64,000 nt of DNA from an uncultured Planctomycetota bacterium (GTDB lineage Bacteria > Planctomycetota > Planctomycetia > Gemmatales > Gemmataceae), in the NCBI GenBank assembly GCA_963849325.1, contig CAWKHF010000002.1:160001-224000 (forward strand). Reading direction: 5' to 3'. Numbering within the stretch: position 1 is the stretch's first letter; each line of letters begins with the position of its first letter. A program made the position numbers and the translations under genes. The notes under the pieces are model-generated. The model was not told the DNA's origin and searched no databases. It saw only the letters and a program-made list of their open reading frames with translations. Shown here piece after piece: positions 31,686-39,396 of this stretch.

Positions 31686-33222
31686 CTGTACTTTCCGCGA
31701 TTTCCTTATAGTTCGCCATAAGCGATCACTCTTGGGCGTAAAGTTGCTGGCGAGGTAACGAAGCATGGCTGCGACGAGCGGGTGGACACAAGCCGGCTCC
31801 TCGAACACGATGAAGGGTAGTCAACAACCTTCGTCCTGCCAAGGAGCCGGCCATGCCATTGTCGCAACTGCCCGCCCTGCTGTCCGCCTGTTTCCCCGAC
31901 ATCACCGCCGCCCTCGACCGCCGCTCCGCCCCCCGCCTGCTCCTGCTCTTCGTCGGCGCCCTCTTCGCCAAGGGCCGACGCACCGTCACCTCCTGGTTCC
32001 GCGCCGCCGGCATCACCGCGACTTCCGCCCCGCCTACAACGCCCTGTGGGCCGCCGGCCGACGCGCCGAGGCCCTGGCCTATCGCCTGCTCTGCCTCGCC
32101 CTCAAGCCGCTGATGCGTCAGGCCCCGGCGACCACCTGCTCTTCGCCATCGACGACACGCCCACGGCCCGCTACGGCCCCGCGGTGCAGGGCGCCGGCAT
32201 CCATCACAACCCCACGCCCGGCCCGGCCGGCGAGAAGTTCGTCTACGGCCACATCTGGGTCACGCTGGCCTGGCTGGCCCGCCATCCCGCCTGGGACACC
32301 CTGGCCTTGCCGCTGCGCGCCCTCCTCTACGTCCGCGCCAAGGACGTGCCCACACTGGCCAAGCATTACCCGTGGACGTTCCGCACCAAGCTGGAATTGG
32401 CCGCCGAACTGGTCCGCTGGCTGACGCGTCTGGCTGGGCGGCCTGGGCAAGGAGCTGTGGCTGGTCGGTCGATGGCGCCTACGCCAAGCGGCCCTTCCTC
32501 AAGCCGGTGCTGGCCTTGGGCGTGGTGGTGTTCAGCCGGCTGCGCAAGGATGCCAACCTGCGGAGCTTGCCGCCGAGCGAAACGTCGGCGCGGTCAGCGG
32601 GGGCCGCTGCCGACCTACGGCAAGGAGCGGATCGACCTGGCCAAGCGTGCCGGGCAGAAGCGCGGCTGGCAGACGGTGGCGTGCGTGCAATACGGCGAGC
32701 GGGTGGTCAAGACCATCAAGACGTTCGAGGCGACCTGGCGTCCGGCCGGCGGCCGCATCCGCGTGGTGATCGTGCGCGAGGACGACGGCTGGCTGGCCTA
32801 CTTCTGCACCGACCCGGCGGTGACGGCGGCGGACGATCCTGGAGGCGATGGCGGATCGCGGCGCCATCGAGCAGTTGTTCAAGGATGTCAAGGAGGTGTG
32901 GGGAGCGGGTCAGCAGCAGGTGCGCAACGTGTACGCCAGCATCGGGGCGTTCACGGTCAACCTGGTGCTGTACAGCGTGGTGGAGGCGTGGGCGTGGGCG
33001 CGTGGCGAGGAGGAGTTGGTGGACCGGAGCCGGTCGCCGTGGGACACGGAGGAGCGTCGGCCGTCGCACGCGGACAAGCGTAAGGCGCTGCAACGGCGAA
33101 ATCCTCCGCGAAGAAATCCAGGCGGCTCTGGGGCAGCGGACAGAGCGAGAGGAGTTTCAGGATCTCGCCATCCGCCTGCTCGATCTGGCCGCATGAGTGT
33201 TAGATTTTCACGGAAAGTACAA
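31686..33222 (+). mobile_element. IS701-like insertion sequence
   Basis: Terminal IR CTGTACTTTCCG / CGGAAAGTACAA; 6-bp duplication TCCAGT at 31680-31685 and 33223-33228. Confidence 0.85.
31853..33196 (+). CDS. IS701-family transposase (multiple frameshifts)
   Basis: GRRTVTSW.RAAG, LFAIDDTPT.RYGP.VQGAG.HHNPTPG, FRTKLELA, VDGAY, RGAIEQLFKDVKE. Confidence 0.8.
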
Positions 33223-33259
33223 TCCAGTTCAAGCAAGATGAGTACATGAAGCACTACCA

Positions 33260-34781
33260 GGGTAGGCGTCTCGAAAGTTGGTGGAATTTTTGTACACAAA
33301 GAGGAATGTTGAGCGTTTGCCGGAAATCCACCCTTCACCCGGAGGCCAGCATGAAGGCTCCCCTGTCGGACCAGCAAGAAGCCAAGCCCAAAAACTGGCC
33401 CAAGCCATCGCACAGGCCAGCTACGACGACATCCTCAACATCGCCCGTACCCTCGTCGCCACCGACAACGCCTCTCTCTTCGGCGATACCGAGTTCACCG
33501 TCCGCGACCTCAGCCACCGCATCGCCGCCAAAGCCTACCGCCACCATCTTGAGCAAAAAAAAACGGCTACCAAGGAGCCAGCGTAACCTGTCCCCACTGC
33601 CACTACGCCGCCGCTTATCACGGCGACGCTGCCATCGCCTCGTCGGCCTGTGCGGCGAGCTTCGCCTGCCAACGCGCCTACTACTACTGCCGACGCTGCG
33701 GCCAAGGGCTTTTTCCCCTTCGATCAGCAAGCCGGCATCGGCCCAACGCCGCCTGACCCCCGCCGCCGAACGACTGGCGACTCTGGCCGGCGGCGTCAGC
33801 GACAGCTTCGACAAAGCCCGTCAACTTCTGCACGAGATGGCCGGCGTGCGACTGTCCGAATCGACCGTCGAACGCACCACCGAAGACGTGGGCCAACGCA
33901 TCGCCCGGCTTTTGGGCAAGGCATCACCTTTGGCCCGGATGTGCGTTGGCGTTGGCATCGGGATGCCCAGGGACGAAGCGTGGCCTACGTCACCTTGGAT
34001 GCCAGCGGCACCACGGCAGCAAGGGCCAGGCGGCCGGCACGCCGACGGCCGCATGGCCTATGTCGGCGGCGTCTACAATCCGCCGCCGCCGGAGTGGTTG
34101 CGTCCGGGCGGCCCGGCGCCGCCGCTGCAAGCGCGTTACGTCAGTGGCTTGTATTCGCTGGCGCAGATGGGACCGTTGTTGCGTTACCAGGCGACGGCGG
34201 TGGGCATGCAACCGGCGGAAGTCTGGATCGCCCTCAGCGACGGCGGCAACGGTCTGGAGGAGCTTTTGCAAAGCCATTTCAACCGTGCCGACCTGGTGGT
34301 AATTTTGGACTTTTACCATGCGGCCAGCTATGTGCAAGCGTTGGCGCGTGCCTTGTATGCCGACGAGCGAGAGCAGGCGTCGCGGCAAGCGGAGCAGTGG
34401 TGTCGTTTGTTGAAAGAGGAGGGGGGAGCGACGACGTTGGCGGTGCTGCGTGCCTGGGATTGGCCGGCGCGGAAGTCGTGGGCGTGGCGTGCGGCTTGGC
34501 AGGCGTTGGAGAGTTATTTTGCGAACAATCTGCATCGGATGGAGTATCCGGAGTATGTAGCGGAGGGCTGGCAGATTGGCAGTGGGGTAGTGGAGTCGGC
34601 GTGCAAGACGGTGGTAGGTCAGCGTTTGAAAGGTGCGGGCAAGCGTTGGGGCGAAGCGGGAGCGCATGCGTTGTGTCATGTGCGGGCTTTTACCGCAGTG
34701 AGAATGGTCAATGGGAGGCGTTCTGGGAGCGCGACTACGCGAACTGATCATTTGTTCCACCAACAAAAGTGATGCCTACCC
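33260..34781 (+). mobile_element. ISKra4-like (Mutator-type) insertion sequence
   Basis: Terminal IR GGGTAGGCGTC...GTTGGTGGAA / TTCCACCAAC...GATGCCTACCC; 9-bp duplication GCACTACCA at 33251-33259 and 34782-34790. Confidence 0.85.
33351..34747 (+). CDS. ISKra4-family transposase (A9 run near 33555, possible programmed frameshift; other frameshifts)
   Basis: LSDGGNG, ILDFYHA, RMEYPEY..EGWQIGSGVVESACK.VV.QRLKGAG.RW. Confidence 0.82.
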
Positions 34782-35025
34782 GCACTACCATCAGCGGAGC
34801 AACGTCGAAAGCACCTTCTCAACGGTTAAGCGGAAGTTCGGCGACTACATTCGCAGCAAGCTGGAAACGGCGATGGTCAACGAGGACTTGCGCAAGTTCC
34901 TCTGTCACAACCTCTGCTGCCTGATTTAAGAAGAGTGCGAGTCGGGAATCGATGCGATCTTCTGGCCGGACGCCAGCCAGTGCAGCTTGAAGTCAACCGT
35001 CCGGTCTGATACGATTTAACCAAAC

Positions 35026-35063
35026 TGCTACGGAATCAATGGTTTAAGATTGATTCCGTAGCA
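35026..35063. repeat. Right-end inverted pair of TGCTACGGAAT motifs
   Basis: TGCTACGGAATCAAT-ggtttaag-ATTGATTCCGTAGCA. Confidence 0.85.
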
Positions 35064-35075
35064 AAGAGCGTGCCA
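35060..35075 (-). promoter_or_regulatory. Sigma-54 -24/-12 promoter consensus, right copy of the direct repeat
   Basis: Minus strand TGGCACGCTCTTTGCT = TGGCACG-N4-TTGCT. Confidence 0.65.
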
Positions 35076-35095
35076 TGCTTGGCGTGGGGCCGCCA

Positions 35096-38000
35096 TCATT
35101 TCGGGAGCCGGATCAGCGTGTAATGCGCCTCGGCAGGATAGAAGTCGCCGCCGCCAGAAGCAAGGTTCTTCAGCCGCAATTCGTACACGAACCCTGTCCG
35201 CATCTCGGCGAGTTTCAGCGTCACGCGCCGCGCATCGGCGGCGACGGAAACGTCCGTCACTTTCTCTGTGCGGCGATCGCGGTCGGGACCGCCGTAGGCC
35301 GGCGTCGCCTCGCGGCGGTAGGACTGGAGCGCATAACTGTCGCTTCGCCCGGCCCGCTCGCGGTCGATCGGCCGGAAGAAGTCGAGGACGAAACCGTCGC
35401 GCGTCGCCCGTACCTCGGCGATGCCACAGGGTAATTTGTCGGGCTGGACCTGGACGCGGACGATTTCACCGACGTTGTTGCCGGCGCCCCAGCCGCTGTC
35501 GCGGATGCTGCCGACGTACAACTCGCCGCGCGGCGACACGGCGCAGACCAGCGGACCCAGAAAACCGCGCTGCGGGTCCGTCGGTGGGATGCTGAGCGGG
35601 TACGCCGCTCCCTGGAAGGTGTCGCCGACACGCTGGAGCGTCATGCGGATCAGCCGCCGCGTGTCGTACTCGCAGCCGAGAAGGTGTCCTTCCAGCGGGC
35701 CGAAGACGTCGCGGCCGAGCTTCGCGCGCAGCTCCTTCGGGGTGTACAGGAAACAGATGCCGTTGACACTGCGCGTCCACGGATGCGGGATGTCGATGGC
35801 CGATGGCGTGCGCGGCGGCGCCGGCTTGCCGCGGTCGAGGTAGTTAATGAAGCCGAAGTGGGTGTCCGGCCGAACGTGGTTCAGTTCGTTGAACGGCTTG
35901 TAATTGCCCTGGTTGTCGGTGACGAACAGTTCGCCGGCGCGGTCCAGCGCCAGGCCCATTGGGAAGCGATGGCCGGCGGAGATCGACATGGGCGCGAACC
36001 GTCGCGGATCGTCCGTCGTCGGCGGACGCGGCACCAGGCGCAGGACGTCGCCATGAAACCGAGCGGCGGCCGGCGAGCGTTTGTCCTGCTGGCAGGGGAT
36101 GCCGAGGAAGTATTCGCCGCGCTCGTTTTGCGGCAGGCCCACGGCCCAGTCATGGTAGTCCGGGCTGTAACCCCAGCCGGAGGCAATTACCTCAACCCGT
36201 CGGCCCGACGGGCTCGCGTCGCCCAGGCGCAGCACGGCATACTTGGCGCTGACATCGACGTAACCGGGTCCGGCGTGGACGCCATACGGCGCCGGCAGGC
36301 CGTCGGCCAGAAGTCGCAAACGGTCCTCGTCGCCATCGCCATCCGTGTCCATCGCCTCGTAGACCTGGCCTTTCAGCGAGCAGAAGACGAGTCGGCCGTC
36401 CGGCCTCCAGGACAGCCCTGTCGGCATGATTTCGGACGACAGAGGGAGCCGTTCGCCGACGAAGCCGGGGGCGACCTCCACGGGTTCGCCCTTGCGGACA
36501 ACGACCGGAGGCTGCGGCACCTCGGCGAAGCGATCGACGGGAACCTCCGACTGATAGTACACACGGGCACCAACCGTCCCCTTTGCGTCGGGGGCCAGCA
36601 CGATGTTCGTGGCATCGTCCGTGAAACGTGCGTCCATTGGCTTCACGAGGACGATGCGGCTGGCGAAGCGATCGCCGAGGCGGATGGTGCGGCCATCGGC
36701 CGAGCGCATCGCTTTCCGCGCCGCTTCCGGGGCCAGCAGGCGCAATCGCACTTCGGTCTTGGCGGGAACGCCCTCCACCGATAGTTCCTCGGCAAACCCC
36801 GCAGCCAGCGGAGTCAACTTGCGACGGACTCGGAGCACCACCGTTTTCGACCCTTCGCCGACCGGGGCGGGGACATCAAACTTCAGCCGAGAACTCACCA
36901 CGACGCCGGGGCCATCCGTCTGCCAGGCATCGGCCTCCGCGACGAACTGGCCGAGCGCCTGGGCCGATAGCACACCGTCGGCGCTCGCAGCGACAGGTCC
37001 GGCCCGGCCAGCCCCGTGTCGAGGACCGTTGTCCCCGCCAGTTCCCAGAACCACGCTTTGCCCTTGGTCCGCTGGCGGGCGGTATCGCCGACGGTCCACC
37101 GGACCAGGCTGCCGGAACCCAGGTCGAGCAGTACGTTGTGCCGGTTCGCTAGGCCGGCGAGGAACGGTTGGAGCCACATTTTCCCGTCCTGCTGCACGAT
37201 GTCGGTCAGCAGGACCGGCTCGGCGCCGGCATCGTTGCCGGACTGCCGGAGAGTGCGGATCGGGTTGGGCAGCGGCGGCTCGAAGCCGGGCAGGTTGAGG
37301 ACGTGCCACACGGCGGCGAGCTGATCGTCCAGCTTGCCATCGAGTACCCCGGACACCGGAATTTGCACCGACGGCATCTCCATGCGCGGCACGATCCGCG
37401 CCGGGTTGCGCACCCAGCGGTCGAACCACGGTCGGCGGATACGGTGATCGAGCTGCGACAGATCCGGCCCGCGGGCGTTGAGCGGAGCGCTCGGCGGCAG
37501 CACACGGCCGACCTGGTGGCAGCTGGTGCAGCCGAAGCCGTCGCTGGAGAGGAGCCGGCCGCCGGCAAGGGTATAGCGGTCCTGCCGAGACGGGTCCGTC
37601 GGCGGAGGCAAAGCCGTCTCGCGCGGGGGCACGCGGTCGGTGTCGATCAGGTGGCGCACCAGCGCCTGCAACTCCTCGTCCGCGAGGGGGAAGCGCGGCA
37701 TGCGCACGTGGAGATAAGAGCGATGCGTCTCGCCCCGGCGGACGATCGCATCGGCGAGAGCCGAGTCGGTGAGCTTGTCGCCGACGCTGTTGAGGGCGGG
37801 CGGCGTCAGCGCAGGCACCAGGGGAGCAAGGTCGGGATAGCGGCGGGCCACGGCGGTCAGCTTGTCGGCCAGCAGCGGCGGCAGCAGCGGGATCGTCTCG
37901 CGCGTCCCTTCCCGCGCGTGACAGGCGAGGCAGTTGTGCTCGGCCAGAATGAGCCGGCCGTCGCGCCGCGGCGAACGGGTGCCAGCGTAGTAGTTGCGCA

Positions 38001-39352
38001 GGGCCAGGGCATCGCCTTTGTTCAGCCGGTAGCCGGGACGCTGTTTCGCCGCCTCGGGTGTACCGGCGCAGGAGTGGTCCCAGTTGCTCCGCTCGCGCAG
38101 CCGCGGCACCGAGCGAACTGCCCTGTCCGGTTCGGCGCCGGGCAGTCGATGGCAGGCGCCGCAGCGGAAGCTGCTCGACCAATTTTCCGCCCTCATCGCC
38201 TTGCTCGCCGCGGCCGCGAGGAGTAAAGTCCGGCTTAACCTCTCCCGTTTTCTGGGCGGCGAGGAAGAGGGATAGGGAAGTCCGCTCGTCGTCCGACAGC
38301 GCGAACACCGGCATGTGGTGATCGCGGTTGAGGCGAGCCGGGTCGGCGAGCCAAACGGCGAAGAAACCGGCAGGCCGTTTGTCCGCAACGTGCGTCAGGT
38401 CGCCGCCGCCGAGCCAGCCGCTGGCGCCGAGGTCGCGCCAGGTATGGCAGGCCAGACAGCCCAGCGTCAGGAACAGGCGCTCGCCGGTTTGGGCGTCGGG
38501 CTTTGGCGCCTTCTTCCGCGGCTTTTTCTCCGGCGGAGGAGCAGGCGTGGGACGCTCCTCCGACCGCGCCGAAAGGAGCCAGTCGGCGATGGCTTCCGCC
38601 TGCGCTTCCGACAAGCCCAGCGCCGGCATCCGTCGCGGCGATCGTTCGTCCGGCGCGGACGAGACGTGCTCGCCGGCGATCAGCCAGCGGACCAGCCAGC
38701 CGCGCGACAGATTTCCTCGCAAGCGATCCAGCGCCGGCGCCGGCCGAGACGGCTGCTGCTCGCCGTGACAGCGGCCGCAACGCAGCACACGGGCGAGCAG
38801 TTGGCCGCGCTCGTAATCGCGGCCGATTGTCTTCTCACGTGGATGAAACAGGGAGCGCGACGGCATCGGCTCCAGTCCAAAGTCGGGACCGGACCAGAGA
38901 AGCATCAGTCGGGCGTCCTTCTCCGTCCGCCGGAAGGACAGCTCCAACGGGTGATAATCGGCGCTGAGCCGCACCGCGGCCGATGTCAACCAATCCTGTC
39001 GCACATTCTGGCGAGGCACGATCGCCTGTCCGGCGATTTTCAGCTCCACCTCTCCGGTAGCGAACAGGAAGAAGTGGTACTCGCCGCGCGTGGTGACAAG
39101 CAGATGTCCCTGCCAGCTTGCCCGGAACTCGCCTGCGACCAGGCGCGGATCGGGCGGCGTCTCGCCCCAGTGGAAGGCCGGTTGGGGATCGAGCCGGATC
39201 ACCGTATGGCCCTGGCCATCGCGGAAGTTCGCCAGCAGTCCAGGCAGGAAAGGCTCGTCATCGTCCGCCCCTTCGGCGGCGAGCGCCGGCGATCCGATCA
39301 CCAGCACGGCCAGCACGATGAGCCGAGTGAGGATACGCAGCAATCCAGGCAT
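35096..39352 (-). CDS. Large secreted multiheme c-type cytochrome with PA14-like N-terminus and C-terminal beta-propeller; frameshifts near 38170 and 36970
   Basis: Signal peptide, FRASWQGHL (PA14-like), five CxxCH (CGRCH, CLACH, CGACH, CLACH, CTSCH), GHRFPMG/TDNQGN propeller. Confidence 0.8.
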   Translation of the reverse strand: MPGLLRILTRLIVLAVLVIGSPALAAEGADDDEPFLPGLLANFRDGQGHTVIRLDPQPAFHWGETPPDPRLVAGEFRASWQGHLLVTTRGEYHFFLFATGEVELKIAGQAIVPRQNVRQDWLTSAAVRLSADYHPLELSFRRTEKDARLMLLWSGPDFGLEPMPSRSLFHPREKTIGRDYERGQLLARVLRCGRCHGEQQPSRPAPALDRLRGNLSRGWLVRWLIAGEHVSSAPDERSPRRMPALGLSEAQAEAIADWLLSARSEERPTPAPPPEKKPRKKAPKPDAQTGERLFLTLGCLACHTWRDLGASGWLGGGDLTHVADKRPAGFFAVWLADPARLNRDHHMPVFALSDDERTSLSLFLAAQKTGEVKPDFTPRGRGEQGDEGGKLVEQLPLRRLPSTARRRTGQGSSLGAAAARAEQLGPLLRRYTRGGETASRLPAEQRRCPGPAQLLRWHPFAAARRPAHSGRAQLPRLSRAGRDARDDPAAAAAAGRQADRRGPPLSRPCSPGACADAARPQQRRRQAHRLGSRRCDRPPGRDASLLSPRAHAALPPRGRGVAGAGAPPDRHRPRAPARDGFASADGPVSAGPLYPCRRPAPLQRRLRLHQLPPGRPCAAAERSAQRPRAGSVAARSPYPPTVVRPLGAQPGADRAAHGDAVGANSGVRGTRWQAGRSARRRVARPQPARLRAAAAQPDPHSPAVRQRCRRRAGPADRHRAAGRENVAPTVPRRPSEPAQRTARPGFRQPGPVDRRRYRPPADQGQSVVLGTGGDNGPRHGAGRAGPVAASADGVLSAQALGQFVAEADAWQTDGPGVVVSSRLKFDVPAPVGEGSKTVVLRVRRKLTPLAAGFAEELSVEGVPAKTEVRLRLLAPEAARKAMRSADGRTIRLGDRFASRIVLVKPMDARFTDDATNIVLAPDAKGTVGARVYYQSEVPVDRFAEVPQPPVVVRKGEPVEVAPGFVGERLPLSSEIMPTGLSWRPDGRLVFCSLKGQVYEAMDTDGDGDEDRLRLLADGLPAPYGVHAGPGYVDVSAKYAVLRLGDASPSGRRVEVIASGWGYSPDYHDWAVGLPQNERGEYFLGIPCQQDKRSPAAARFHGDVLRLVPRPPTTDDPRRFAPMSISAGHRFPMGLALDRAGELFVTDNQGNYKPFNELNHVRPDTHFGFINYLDRGKPAPPRTPSAIDIPHPWTRSVNGICFLYTPKELRAKLGRDVFGPLEGHLLGCEYDTRRLIRMTLQRVGDTFQGAAYPLSIPPTDPQRGFLGPLVCAVSPRGELYVGSIRDSGWGAGNNVGEIVRVQVQPDKLPCGIAEVRATRDGFVLDFFRPIDRERAGRSDSYALQSYRREATPAYGGPDRDRRTEKVTDVSVAADARRVTLKLAEMRTGFVYELRLKNLASGGGDFYPAEAHYTLIRLPK

Positions 39353-39396
39353 TCAGGACGTCCTTCTGCTGAAACGCGGGCGCCTTTGCTAATGTA

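Larger units (their letters stand above)
30700..35019 (+). pseudogene. SWIM zinc-finger + DDE (IS4/IS5-like, DDE_Tnp_1) transposase, split by two nested IS, with frameshifts and an in-frame TAA
   Basis: Pieces 30700-31685, 33229-33259 and 34791-35019 join into CTCPDH..KCKH (SWIM), FAIDSSGF, VSADKAY and HYFQFKQDEYMKHYHQRSNVESTFSTVKRKFG (YREK motif). Confidence 0.85.
28548..35074. mobile_element. Cargo transposon with SWIM-DDE transposase and tRNA-like genes, bounded by direct repeat AGCAAAGAGCGTGCC
   Basis: Identical 15-mer at 28548-28562 and 35060-35074; TG(T/C)TACGGAAT motifs at both ends; visibly AT-richer cargo; transposase next to the right end. Confidence 0.75.
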
